Origin: a virus
Taxonomy: Duplodnaviria; Caudoviricetes
IMG/VR virus record: IMGVR_UViG_3300033148_005420
Location: 1 to 59,460 of that record
Direction: 5' to 3' (one strand)
DNA: 59,460 nucleotides
Of the stretch, positions 28,929-38,263 are shown piece after piece. Position numbers and translations under genes: made by a program. Below the pieces are notes generated by a model. It made no database searches, was not told the origin of the DNA, and saw only the letters and a list, made by a program, of their open reading frames with translations. Each line of letters begins with the position of its first letter. The first letter of the stretch is position 1.

Positions 28929-29401
28929 TTACGACCTGACTCCCTTCAGCTCGTTCCCGTGGCCGGGCTCTTCGGGATCCGGTTTTTTTTCCGCGTAATG
29001 CTCGCATGCGTGAGGGTTTGTTTCTATGTTTTTAGCAAACCCCACACTAGGGTTCCTCATCCCGCGTCTACATATTCTCTGGTAATCAGGATACGACCTC
29101 TTTCCTACTCTTCGGACAAATACAAACTTGCAACCGGTACATTCTTTAGGCATTTTTTACCTTGGTTTCGATTATCTGTATAATGCCAGCTACTGCGCCC
29201 AGCTCTGGCCAATGTTCAGCTATTATTTCCACGTTTCGCCCTCATTTTCACTTGGTAAACAGAGACTTCCGGCCCGTCAGCCGGAAATCTTCCGCATTTT
29301 TGACACATCGACCGGTGCATGTTTTGTTCGCACCATTCTGAGTTTCTTGGCTCTTCCATGTCTGCGCCGGTCGGGAATGCCTTGCATGGCCTAGCTGCCA
29401 T
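28929..29401 (-). other. Two small Cys-rich hypothetical CDSs (28929-29153, 29216-29401)
   Basis: Short ORFs downstream of the recombination genes. Confidence 0.5.
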
Positions 29402-30500
29402 CTCTCACAGCCAGCCTTGCAACAATATCGCCCACAACAAAAGGCCTCTCGCTAACCAGGCTGTGGAAAGCGTCTCTGAGCTCTCCTGCCTGTTCTTTGG
29501 TGCCATCAATATCCGCAGATAGGTGGATGGTGTATTTGCCAGTTTTGGCCTCCTCTTGCCCATCTGTGGGAGCTGGCTCAGGATCAGGCGCTTCTTCCTG
29601 TCGCCGCTCCTCCGTAGCCGGTGGCGGATCGCCTTTCAGCTGACTAAGTTTTTCCGAGTAATACGCTCGGAATTCTGCCAAATCCTCTTTGTTTGGCAGC
29701 CCGTCGCTGATTTCTTGAGCATGTTTTTTCGCCCAGTTCTCCAGGTGGGCAAAGTGGCCTTTTTCGTCAACCTCAGCTTTGAGTTTGGACAGGGCTTCAG
29801 GATTCCTGATCTTGGCAGCGTTTTCCCGCCGCTCGGTTTCAAGGCGGTGCTCGGCTTCTCGGCTCTTGATTTCCGCCACCACCTCTCCGGTTGACTTCAC
29901 GATGAGAGTTTTTTTATCAGGGTAAAGGCCGCTGAATTTCGAGGCATTTACCAGGATAAGGTTTTCGTTGCACTCGGCTGCGAGATCTCCAACTTCTTTC
30001 TCGATTTTCTCCACCGCTGCGTTTACGGCGGTATTTAAGGTGTCGATAGTCCTCTTACCTTTGACCGACAGCTTTATCGGTGACAGGTCAGGGCTCAAGC
30101 AGTCGACTATATCAGGGTAAACCCCGTATAATCCCTTGACAAACTCGACAATACGCTGCTCACCAGTCTTGACCATGTCGGCCTTGACCGACTCCTTCTT
30201 TTCCTTGACCGCCTTGGTTGCGGTCAAGCGTGTTATCCTGATCGTACCAAGGAGCCCGTTGACCCCGTCAAGCAGTTGAGATACATCAGCATTACCCTTG
30301 ATTGCTGCGTCAAGGATTGCCTTAATCTCTTTTTCCGAGGCGGTACAGTCTTTGATAAACTGCTCTGCGGTGGCGAACTCCTGATCTGTTTCAGGGGTAA
30401 GCACCGCCCCATCGATCTTGGCCAGCCACTCTTTATTAATCTCGGTAAAGTTACTTTTCTGAACCCCGCCACTGATGGCGATAATTAACTCTTTCATCAA
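29391..30500 (-). CDS. Coiled-coil protein of the recombination module (DUF1351-like)
   Basis: Follows RecT; helical; PETDQEFATAEQFIKDC and SVKGKRTIDTL resemble YqaJ/RecT-associated proteins. Confidence 0.6.
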   Translation of the reverse strand: MMKELIIAISGGVQKSNFTEINKEWLAKIDGAVLTPETDQEFATAEQFIKDCTASEKEIKAILDAAIKGNADVSQLLDGVNGLLGTIRITRLTATKAVKEKKESVKADMVKTGEQRIVEFVKGLYGVYPDIVDCLSPDLSPIKLSVKGKRTIDTLNTAVNAAVEKIEKEVGDLAAECNENLILVNASKFSGLYPDKKTLIVKSTGEVVAEIKSREAEHRLETERRENAAKIRNPEALSKLKAEVDEKGHFAHLENWAKKHAQEISDGLPNKEDLAEFRAYYSEKLSQLKGDPPPATEERRQEEAPDPEPAPTDGQEEAKTGKYTIHLSADIDGTKEQAGELRDAFHSLVSERPFVVGDIVARLAVRDGS

Positions 30501-31297
30501 AAACCCTCCGATTTAAGACCAGCTTTTTCGCTGGTTTCTTTTTGACGTGCCGGGCAGCCTTTTCTTGATTGGCATTCGGTGCAAAAGGAAACAGATACTG
30601 ACTCGTTTGTTCCTGGGCAAACCACCCTCTCACCTGGCGCTTCCCCTTGTTTAGCTTGCGGCTTGTCGGGTTCAGGCTCGCCAAGAGCATCATCAAGGCT
30701 CGTTCTCGGCTTGTCAGTCTCTTCCAGCTCATCAGGAGTGTAAACCCCGGCGATAACATCCGGGCAGTATAATCTTGCCCATTTTTTAACGGCAAGGTAT
30801 GCGAGCTGTTGGGCCGGGTCAGATTTCCAAAGTGAGCTGTTCTGTACGGTCTGCTTGGAGATGTGACTCCAAGTCCCCCAGGTTATTTCAGACTCGCCTC
30901 TTACGATGGCCCCTGTCCTGCATTTCAAAGAGTTCCCCTCGCCTCCCCATTCATAGGTAAATCTTCCCCTGATCAGCCTCGAACTGAGGATGACGGCATG
31001 TACTAGCTGGGCCTCGTACCCAAGGGTTCCCTTAACTAAGTGGGTCTTTTGCGCAACCGTAAAGGGGGACATTCCCCATGCGGCAGCCTGGAGAGCTATG
31101 GCAAAGCAATCGCCCTTTGACCCGACAAGGTGAGCCGGTACTGTAACTTTTGCTTGGCACATTATGGCGGCTACTCTTTCGACTTGACTAATCACGTCCC
31201 CGTCCATCAAGTTGAGGACGGGGGGCCGATAATCATCGACCATTACAGGCGCAGGTACTGGGGCTTCGGTTTTTACTTCTGGTAGGTTTTCACTCAT
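30497..31297 (-). CDS. recT: RecT-family single-strand annealing protein
   Basis: TVPAHLVG..GDCFAIALQAAAWGMSPFTVAQKT..V.GTLGYEAQL...LWKSDPAQQLAYLAVKKWARLYCPDVIAGVYTPDEL. Confidence 0.9.
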   Translation of the reverse strand: MSENLPEVKTEAPVPAPVMVDDYRPPVLNLMDGDVISQVERVAAIMCQAKVTVPAHLVGSKGDCFAIALQAAAWGMSPFTVAQKTHLVKGTLGYEAQLVHAVILSSRLIRGRFTYEWGGEGNSLKCRTGAIVRGESEITWGTWSHISKQTVQNSSLWKSDPAQQLAYLAVKKWARLYCPDVIAGVYTPDELEETDKPRTSLDDALGEPEPDKPQAKQGEAPGERVVCPGTNESVSVSFCTECQSRKGCPARQKETSEKAGLKSEGF

Positions 31298-32052
31298 CGT
31301 ATTTCCTTCAATAATGCTTCAGTTTTAATTCTGGCCAACTGGATCAGCTCGGCCTCTTCGGTTTCTAGGCGAGCGGCCCTGGCCTTATGTTCTTCAACGA
31401 TCTGTTTCGCCATTGGCAGGCGGTCGGCAAGGTCGTTGTTCCACCGATTCATGTCTGTTTCGTATTTCACCCTCTCAATTGCGGTTGGGGCTGGCACTTT
31501 TAAGAGCATCTGGCCGTGTTCTGGGTGCCAGCTGAGAAAAAAGCTGTAAATGGTGTTGCAGATTATCTGCTGCTCGTCCACTTGTTTTTTGTATGTGGTC
31601 GGCAACTTCCAATCTTTTAAGTATTTCAAATGAGTTTTTCTCTCTGGGCATTTGATCTCCAGAGATACCAGGAGGCCTTTGAAGATGATTAGCCGGTCAA
31701 GGCTGGCGTGGAATCCTGGATACTCTCGGTTCCTGATCAGGCCGACTTCTATCGTTTCTAGGCCTGTGGCCCGCTCGAACCATGCAACGGCCTCCTTTTC
31801 CAGGCGGATACCCCTTGACATTGATGCGCTGGAAAAGGTTTCAACAGGTTCGCCGGTGTGTCGCTCTATAATCTTTCGATCCATCAGGGCGATTCTGGTC
31901 TTACCTGATCCACCGGCAAAGGCCGCTGATGCTTCACTGCTGCCGACAGTGTGCCGCTCTTTTAACCATTCCGGCGTTCCCTGGTCGCAGTCGTAAAAAC
32001 GTAGACCGGGAAATCTTTTGTAGGTTTTTGGGGTCACCGGCACAATGACCAC
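31294..32052 (-). CDS. YqaJ/lambda-exonuclease-family protein
   Basis: QGTPEWLKER..VGSSE, MSRGIRLE, HASLDRL, LEIKCP. Confidence 0.9.
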   Translation of the reverse strand: MVIVPVTPKTYKRFPGLRFYDCDQGTPEWLKERHTVGSSEASAAFAGGSGKTRIALMDRKIIERHTGEPVETFSSASMSRGIRLEKEAVAWFERATGLETIEVGLIRNREYPGFHASLDRLIIFKGLLVSLEIKCPERKTHLKYLKDWKLPTTYKKQVDEQQIICNTIYSFFLSWHPEHGQMLLKVPAPTAIERVKYETDMNRWNNDLADRLPMAKQIVEEHKARAARLETEEAELIQLARIKTEALLKEIR

Positions 32053-32291
32053 AACCCCCGGTTCATCTCAATGATCCGGAGATGTCGTCTAGCCTGCCGT
32101 GGTGATGCCCCGAACGCCCAGAGGCCACAGCGGTCAGCCCGGTACTGCCTGACTCTGGCCCCGGTTACCCGCTCGGTTAGCGGGGCTGGGGTTGTCTCTA
32201 TTTTCTCCGGGACTGATCTGGCCCGGAAGAAACTGCATAAAACGCCTTGAACCTCTCTGGCGGTTGGTGTTGTGTTTGTTTGTGTTGCCAT
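32034..32291 (-). CDS. Hypothetical protein
   Basis: Coupled ORF in the recombination operon. Confidence 0.5.
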   Translation of the reverse strand: MATQTNTTPTAREVQGVLCSFFRARSVPEKIETTPAPLTERVTGARVRQYRADRCGLWAFGASPRQARRHLRIIEMNRGLWSLCR

Positions 32292-32695
32292 TAGTCATCC
32301 TCTACGTACCAGATTTTATCCAGGTACCAATCTATTTTCTTTTTGCAGTCATCAAAACCAAGGCCGAACTCGGCCATGTACCCAGCTTCTGACAAATCCC
32401 TGAGCACCTTTAGTTGCTCAAGGACATGCTGAGATTGCCTGTATGATCCATTTCCTCTGAAGACCTGGTCTCGCCCAGTCTTTATCTCGATAAATAAGCC
32501 CGAATAATGATCTTTTACCGATGCGATAAACAAATCTGGCCAAGCTCTCCGCCCTCCGTTTACTTTTTTCGCCTTCATCGCTAATCCGATCGGCAGGCGC
32601 ATCCCACCAAGGTCTGAGCGGAAAAGAACATCAGGGTATTGCAGTAGCAGGTACTCAATCACTGCGCAGTGGATTTGGTATTCTGGGCCTGTCAT
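32291..32695 (-). CDS. VRR-NUC / PD-(D/E)XK nuclease (Holliday-junction-resolvase-like)
   Basis: EYQIH, AWPDLFI, GLFIEIK, Q...L...GY motifs. Confidence 0.85.
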   Translation of the reverse strand: MTGPEYQIHCAVIEYLLLQYPDVLFRSDLGGMRLPIGLAMKAKKVNGGRRAWPDLFIASVKDHYSGLFIEIKTGRDQVFRGNGSYRQSQHVLEQLKVLRDLSEAGYMAEFGLGFDDCKKKIDWYLDKIWYVEDD

Positions 32696-33549
32696 TCGTC
32701 CACCTTGCCGCCGTAGAACACCACCTCATCGTAGCCCGAGTCATCCTGTAGTTTGCGCTCAACCATAGCGGCGAGCTGCCCGATTACGTGGCTGTACGGT
32801 CTTGCGGCCATGTGCTTGATCCTGTCAGGGGTTATCCTGATTGGCCATGCCGTATTGCTTACTTGCACTTTCAGTGCCCGCATCTGTAGTACGCCGCACT
32901 TTATGTGCAGCTCCTTCTTGTTCCAGGGGTAGATCCAGGCTCTTTCGTCCATAGGGTTGCGGAATGCCTCCGCTTGTCCTCTTCGATACACCTCCACTTC
33001 ATCTTCAACTTCAACTTCCACTGAATTTTTTACCCTCATATGATTCCCAAGCCATGGCAGAATGCCGATGGTTGCATGCATCTCGCGCTGCCCTTCCATC
33101 CAGTAGACCTCAAACTCCTGACCTACTTCAAATGTCCCAGAGGCCAGCTCCGGCCCTGTGCCGGTCTCGGTGAACTCGGCTTGGCAAAAAATCGACAAGC
33201 ATTTAAAGCGGTCGCCAATACTGACAGCTTCAGTCCCGCACTCTGGGCAGGCGTTGCGCTTTTCGTCTTCCGGTGGCTGGAGCGGGTGGTCAGGTAATGT
33301 CATGGGCTGCTCCTTTTGAGTGTCGATATCCCAGTCTGTAAGATTAGAGGAGCTAACCTTCAAGGCTGATTTTCCACGCCTGGCGATCAGTCCCGTGTAG
33401 GTGTTTCCGCTTCTCTCGATCCCGTATACCGTCCGGGTGATGAAACAGAATCCGTGCCACTTGGTCGGCAGTTTCCCGCCGAAGTATTCCTCGTTGTCAT
33501 CGGCGGTAACGTTTACCTCCGCCCTGACATTCTTTATTTTCTGCGCCAT
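32692..33549 (-). CDS. Hypothetical multidomain protein with a central Zn ribbon
   Basis: CPECG...CLSIFC; GAGGA RBS. Confidence 0.65.
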   Translation of the reverse strand: MAQKIKNVRAEVNVTADDNEEYFGGKLPTKWHGFCFITRTVYGIERSGNTYTGLIARRGKSALKVSSSNLTDWDIDTQKEQPMTLPDHPLQPPEDEKRNACPECGTEAVSIGDRFKCLSIFCQAEFTETGTGPELASGTFEVGQEFEVYWMEGQREMHATIGILPWLGNHMRVKNSVEVEVEDEVEVYRRGQAEAFRNPMDERAWIYPWNKKELHIKCGVLQMRALKVQVSNTAWPIRITPDRIKHMAARPYSHVIGQLAAMVERKLQDDSGYDEVVFYGGKVDE

Positions 33550-33637
33550 CGCTTCCTCTGGTTGAATTTTACCGCAAACCCAAGACTGCCATAATAGTAA
33601 TCTTGGGTTTGTGGGTCGGGTTGCCCCGACTTTTGGG

Positions 33638-33823
33638 TTATGCGGGTATCGAGGCTAGTAATGCTTTCTCGTAAGCCTCAAGCAAAGTGCGGCCCCGCTT
33701 GAGGCTGCACTGGAATAGTCCCTGGATATTGCTCTGTAGCAAGGCATCGTCCCTCTCTAAGGCCTGCATGCATTCTTCTTCGTTCGTCGGTATTTCTTCT
33801 AACCATTTTTCATCAGGCTTCAT
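33638..33823 (-). CDS. Hypothetical protein, 61 aa
   Basis: First ORF after the minus-strand TTGACA promoter at about 33873-33900. Confidence 0.55.
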   Translation of the reverse strand: MKPDEKWLEEIPTNEEECMQALERDDALLQSNIQGLFQCSLKRGRTLLEAYEKALLASIPA

Positions 33824-33872
33824 GATAGTTCCCTGTAGTTAAATTTGCCCAAAACAACCTGCCAGTAAATCC

Positions 33873-34032
33873 ATCTTAACCGATTGGCCGGTGGTGTCAA
33901 TTAAAAGTTTCACTTTGCAACTATTTATTAAAAAAGTACTCTATCTGTATATAACCAGATGGCTTTGCGTTTAAAATAAAAGTTGTATACTAAAACTTTT
34001 TGCTTGACTTTGGTAAACAGGGGGGCTATTGT
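33873..34032. promoter_or_regulatory. AT-rich divergent promoter region
   Basis: Minus strand TTGACA-16-TAAGAT (33900-33873); plus strand TTGACT-17-TATTGT (34004-34032). Confidence 0.55.
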
Positions 34033-34073
34033 TCAGGCATACCGGTCGAGATGGAAACCAACTAGAGGAAAAT

Positions 34074-34307
34074 ATGAGCGAGAACCACACTGATTTTTTA
34101 ACTACAGAGATTAATAACCAGGCAGCACAGGAGCGACAAGAGTTCAACTTGTTTGCGATGCTGAAACCGTCAATCCAGAGGGATGGCAATCAGTGGTGCG
34201 TCCTGTATGGCAAGGACTTGCAGGAGGGGATCGCCGGTTTTGGCGATTCCCCGCACCATGCGGTACTAGATTTTAACCACCAGTGGTATCAAAGCGTCAA
34301 GTCTTAA
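34074..34307 (+). CDS. Conserved small phage protein
   Basis: DGNQWCVLYG.DLQEGIAGFGDSP..A..DFN is a recurrent phage motif; GAGGA RBS before ATG 34074. Confidence 0.75.
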   Translation: MSENHTDFLTTEINNQAAQERQEFNLFAMLKPSIQRDGNQWCVLYGKDLQEGIAGFGDSPHHAVLDFNHQWYQSVKS

Positions 34308-34365
34308 CCTCTTCGAGCGGGTGGCCATCCCATCCGCTGGGACAGATTAAGAAGAAAGGAGAGCG

Positions 34366-34653
34366 ATGGAGAAAAAAACAATGAAGCAGGCCGCACTAGA
34401 TAGCGGCATCAATTACGACACGTTTAAGAAGTATAAGCGACGAGGTTGCAGTGCTACAAAGTCTTACGAGATTGCCCACATGCTTGCAATGTGGGACATC
34501 CGTAAAAATAACGCAGAACCTCGGGTCGCATTGATAGACCCGGTAATTATACTTAGCCCAATAGGGTTCTGGCGGGAGGTCGTAAGGATCTGCCCAGAAA
34601 TAAACACCAAGGGGCGAGGGAGGCCCAAGAAAGATGATAAGAAAAATGATTGA
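34366..34653 (+). CDS. HTH-like protein with a C-terminal AT-hook-like tail
   Basis: TMKQAALDSGINYDTFKKYKRRG; ends in KGRGRPKK. Confidence 0.65.
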   Translation: MEKKTMKQAALDSGINYDTFKKYKRRGCSATKSYEIAHMLAMWDIRKNNAEPRVALIDPVIILSPIGFWREVVRICPEINTKGRGRPKKDDKKND

Positions 34654-34888
34654 GAAATGGAAGAGGAATAGGGAGAAGTGGAAGAGGAATAGGGAAAAAC
34701 TTGAAGCATGGGACACGTTGCTCAATGGAGCACAGAGTAATCGGGCTCCAGCAAGAACAAGGGAACTGAGCACTATGGCAGGATTCCAGGCTGCTGTGCT
34801 TAAGATAGATCCAACGGTAAACACCAAGGGGCGAGGGAGGCCCAAGAAAGATGATAAGAAAAATGATTGAGAAATGGAAGAGGAATAG
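34601..34888 (+). repeat. 71-bp exact direct repeat (34601-34671 and 34818-34888) spanning gene junctions
   Basis: TAAACACCAAGGGGCGAGGGAGGCCCAAGAAAGATGATAAGAAAAATGATTGAGAAATGGAAGAGGAATAG occurs twice. Confidence 0.95.
34634..34870 (+). CDS. Small basic protein whose two ends derive from the repeat
   Basis: Starts MIRKMIEKWKRNREKWKRNRE and ends NTKGRGRPKKDDKKND. Confidence 0.55.
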   Translation: MIRKMIEKWKRNREKWKRNREKLEAWDTLLNGAQSNRAPARTRELSTMAGFQAAVLKIDPTVNTKGRGRPKKDDKKND

Positions 34889-35561
34889 AGGGGAGAGAGC
34901 GGTTGCCAAGGCCATTGCGGTGCTGGCAACTGCTCCCAGGGCGGCGGTGTCCATCCCCACTAAACAGGCGTTTTTTGACAATAACGATGCGGTAAGGGTC
35001 GTTATTCAGGATTCGCTGAGTATCCTTGTTCACCGGGGGGACATAGAGGTGGTCACTAACTCTGGTACGGTGTCGTTCTGGGGGAGCGATTCACACCGTC
35101 CGTATTTGCAAGCAGGCGGTGAATTTGCATCTGCGCCGCTATTTACCACAGATGAGGTCGTGCGTAACATATGCGCAAATATCAACATCCAGGCTAAAGA
35201 CCCAGGCGGCGAGGTGTTTTGTATCACTATGTATAACCATGTTTTTCATGACGACTTGTCATGGGGTGATGCAAGGAGGGCCGCCGAGAGCATGACGGCT
35301 GTGATCCGTGATGCGGCCAGTGTGATGCATCACGGAGAAAAAGAGAGAGGTGATAAGGCTACAGGTCGTCTTTATTCATCCCTCTTTCTTGCTGGCGAGG
35401 AAGAGTATAAAAACACGCGCAAGGCCAATACGGCCTTGGCGATTTCCGAGGCTGTCTATACATTGAGAGTGGTTAGCACAGCTCACGAGGTTAGGGAGTT
35501 TTTAATTATGTTGTCTCAGGAACAGCATTTGCCGGTTGATGACCTGGAAGAGGAATGGTGA
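34851..35561 (+). CDS. Hypothetical protein, about 236 aa
   Basis: Open ORF starting in repeat copy 2. Confidence 0.65.
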   Translation: MIRKMIEKWKRNRGERAVAKAIAVLATAPRAAVSIPTKQAFFDNNDAVRVVIQDSLSILVHRGDIEVVTNSGTVSFWGSDSHRPYLQAGGEFASAPLFTTDEVVRNICANINIQAKDPGGEVFCITMYNHVFHDDLSWGDARRAAESMTAVIRDAASVMHHGEKERGDKATGRLYSSLFLAGEEEYKNTRKANTALAISEAVYTLRVVSTAHEVREFLIMLSQEQHLPVDDLEEEW

Positions 35562-36153
35562 TAGCACGACGTATGAGGACAATATGACTAAAGTTCCGAG
35601 CAAAGTAACAAGGGCCATAGAGGCCCTTGAAATAAGGGTCAATGGCAAAAAAAAGACCCTCCAGGGTGAAAAACTCTCTTACCAGGAGATTGCGATAAGG
35701 GTATATGAGATTCTTGGCGTTGCCATGCTGGGATCCCACCTGTCTGGGCGGGTTTGGCAGATGAAAAAGCATGAATATCCTGCTAAATCGGCCATAGAGG
35801 ACGTTATAACTGCTAGGTACATGTGTTCCCTGGGGCTGATAAGCATCCCCAAAGGTGGAACGTTTGGCATCCATGGGGGTTTTGTTATAACCAGCCCGGA
35901 AGTCAAAAAGACAGTTGGTCGTGACGTTGGCAGGACCAGGCTGCCCCTGTTTACTTGCGGGGCGATGAAAGCAAAGGAGGTGCTGTCCCCAAGTGTCAAA
36001 AGGGAGGCGCAAAGAGAAAATGGCGATGACTCTGGCTGGGGTGACTTGACCGGCGTAAGGACAAGAGATCAGGCCGACAGACTTGCCGGGATGGCAAGCG
36101 GTGGCACATGGGAGCGGAAGTGCCTGGGCAATGGAATAGCGAGGCGGATTTAA
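35536..36153 (+). CDS. Hypothetical basic protein
   Basis: Open ORF; the likely start is ATG 35584 (GAGGA RBS). Confidence 0.6.
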   Translation: MMTWKRNGDSTTYEDNMTKVPSKVTRAIEALEIRVNGKKKTLQGEKLSYQEIAIRVYEILGVAMLGSHLSGRVWQMKKHEYPAKSAIEDVITARYMCSLGLISIPKGGTFGIHGGFVITSPEVKKTVGRDVGRTRLPLFTCGAMKAKEVLSPSVKREAQRENGDDSGWGDLTGVRTRDQADRLAGMASGGTWERKCLGNGIARRI

Positions 36154-36186
36154 CCACTAAAAGGCCCATTTGGGCCACGGGAACGA

Positions 36187-36626
36187 GTGAAAATGATCAA
36201 GAAACTTATAACCACACTTATATTGATGGCCACTGGCTTTGCGCTGGGTATCATCTACGGAGAGGCCTTGGCTTCTTCTGATATCAACGGCGGAGCTGGC
36301 CCTGCTAACCAGATATATGAAGAAGCTGCAAAGCGTATTGTAGCATCTGTTAACAGTCAGGAAGAAGAAGAGCCTAAACAGGAACCTAAAGACCAAAAAA
36401 CCAAGGAGGACGGGAAATGAGCGACTTGACCAAGGACCTTTTGCTTGCCGTAGGGATTTTTACCGCATTCTTAATCATTGCGTGCTCCTGCGTGCCTGAT
36501 GAATCTGCCGCCACCGAAGTGCCAGTGATTAAGATTGAGGGCTTAATAGTGGATGACGAGGCTGTACCAGCACCTGCACCAAGGGATATTGATGATGTCC
36601 CGGTGATAACCATAGAGGAGGACTAA
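36187..36626 (+). other. Two small proteins with N-terminal hydrophobic/signal segments (36187-36420; 36417-36626, possible lipoprotein)
   Basis: N-terminal hydrophobic stretches; the second has a LIIACSC lipobox-like motif. Confidence 0.6.
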
Positions 36627-36627
36627 A

Positions 36628-36912
36628 ATGGCATTAACAAAAGCAAATCTAGCTCAGGCTATCTACAAGAATCACCCCCACTTGACTAGATCCCAGGCTG
36701 CTGTAGCCGTGGAAGTTTTCCTGACCACGGCAAAAGAGGCCCTGATCGGCGGCGAAGACCTCCTTTTAAGTGGTTTTGGCAAGTTTAGCGTGAAGGATAA
36801 GAAACTCCGAAAGGGGCGCAATCCTCAAACCGGGGAAGATCTGATTCTAGACGCTCGGAGGGTGGTTACTTTTAAGCCTTCGGGGATTTTGCGGGGGCGG
36901 ATTAATGCGTGA
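36628..36912 (+). CDS. ihfA: Integration host factor alpha-like subunit
   Basis: MALTKA..., LLSGFGKFSVKDKKLRKGRNPQTGEDLILDARRVVTFKPSGILR is an IHF-alpha signature. Confidence 0.88.
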   Translation: MALTKANLAQAIYKNHPHLTRSQAAVAVEVFLTTAKEALIGGEDLLLSGFGKFSVKDKKLRKGRNPQTGEDLILDARRVVTFKPSGILRGRINA

Positions 36913-37309
36913 GGAGACGGCAGTCCTGATCTCATTATTGGTCTGTGTAGCTGTCCTGGCTGGCTATCTTAGCTTGTCGGGGAAATTATCAACCTGGATA
37001 GGAATAGAAATGTCTGTAGAAAGCTACGATTGTGACAAGTGCGGCGAAAACGGGGTGTATAGCGAGCATATCGCATCCTGCGAGAGATGTGGAAACAAGG
37101 TGCGCTCTAACTGTACAACCGTGAGGCCGGATGATCATCCTTTTATTCACCAGCTGGTGGATGACGGAGAGCAGCTAGAGAGCAAGTACTGCCCTTTTTG
37201 CAGTGGTGATTCAGTATCGGATTCCCAGCGGGTTGAGTTTCTGCTTGAGAAGTTTGAGGTTGATCCTGCCGACATGGATCGTGAAATTATAGCCAAGAGG
37301 AAAAAGTGA
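36905..37309 (+). CDS. Zn-finger protein with an N-terminal hydrophobic segment
   Basis: CDKC, CERC and CPFC motifs; lies between the IHF genes. Confidence 0.6.
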   Translation: MREETAVLISLLVCVAVLAGYLSLSGKLSTWIGIEMSVESYDCDKCGENGVYSEHIASCERCGNKVRSNCTTVRPDDHPFIHQLVDDGEQLESKYCPFCSGDSVSDSQRVEFLLEKFEVDPADMDREIIAKRKK

Positions 37310-37596
37310 ATAAATCAGAATTAATCCAAGAAATGGCCAAGCAAACTGGCCGCTTGGAGAAGGAAACAGCCGCTGTGGTAAATACGATCCTGGATACCAT
37401 GGCTCAGTCCCTGGCAGAAGGTAACGGCATTGAAATCCGTGGTTTCGGAAGCTTCTCTGTTAAAGAGTATGATGCTTATACTGGCCGAAATCCTAAGACT
37501 GGAGGGAAAGTCGAGGTTGGGGCTAAGAAACTCCCTGTTTTTAAGGTGGGGAAGGGGTTAATGGAAGCGGTTGATGCTGGGAGGAGATCAAAGTAA
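37306..37596 (+). CDS. ihfB: Integration host factor beta-like / HU-family subunit
   Basis: MNKSELI..., IEIRGFGSFSVKEYDAYTGRNPKTG...KKLPVFKVGK is an IHF-beta signature. Confidence 0.82.
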   Translation: MNKSELIQEMAKQTGRLEKETAAVVNTILDTMAQSLAEGNGIEIRGFGSFSVKEYDAYTGRNPKTGGKVEVGAKKLPVFKVGKGLMEAVDAGRRSK

Positions 37597-37758
37597 TGGG
37601 CCTATACTGCGAACTCTGCAAGAAGAATACAAGCCATGACGAAGCGGTGTGGCTTAGCAAAACAAAAGTAGATATGGATTGTCAAAAAATGACCTTAACT
37701 AGGTCATTTTGCAAGGAATGCGCTGGAGAATTAAAAAAAGCAAGAGAGGAAAAATACG

Positions 37759-38034
37759 ATGAGTGACCCGAAAAAGCTGAAGGAAATACTGTTCAACACG
37801 AAGTTCGAGGCGGAAAAGCAATTCGCCTTACTCAAGGAAGAAGAGAGACTGAGGAACACAATTGTGATCGACAAGGTAGGTAATCTTGCCAAGCTGCCAG
37901 AGCAAGCCTTAAAGGAAATACATTCCCGCATCGCTGTTATTGATGCGGAGCTGTGCGGGTGCCAAATTAAACTCAACCAGTTAAAAGCGGCTTACGGGCA
38001 TGAGTATACGTCTGATTTGGATCTTAGCTCTTGA
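37759..38034 (+). CDS. Hypothetical coiled-coil protein
   Basis: GAGGA RBS. Confidence 0.6.
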   Translation: MSDPKKLKEILFNTKFEAEKQFALLKEEERLRNTIVIDKVGNLAKLPEQALKEIHSRIAVIDAELCGCQIKLNQLKAAYGHEYTSDLDLSS

Positions 38035-38073
38035 CCGTGACCGAGCCCTTTCTCTTGGAGGTGAGGTTTTTTA

Positions 38074-38250
38074 TTGCCAAGCCAGCAAAAAGGGGCTAAG
38101 GTCTAGCCATACCCATTGACGTGGGGAGCGGTTTGAAAGGCCGGGAAAACGTAACAAATAGTTTTGATTAAAGGGTTTTATCATTCATCTGTTCGGGGTT
38201 CTTACGTACCTCACTTTCAGGACAGATGTCGGTAAAACCCTTTTTTTATT
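38074..38250 (+). ncRNA. Candidate c4-like antisense RNA plus target attenuator in the antirepressor leader
   Basis: Promoter TTGCCA-17-TAAGGT; two small hairpins (loops TTGACG, TTGAAAG); then a long stem AAAGGGTTTTA/TAAAACCCTTT with T run whose loop carries CTTTCA. Confidence 0.55.
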
Positions 38251-38263
38251 TGGAGTTTGCAAG

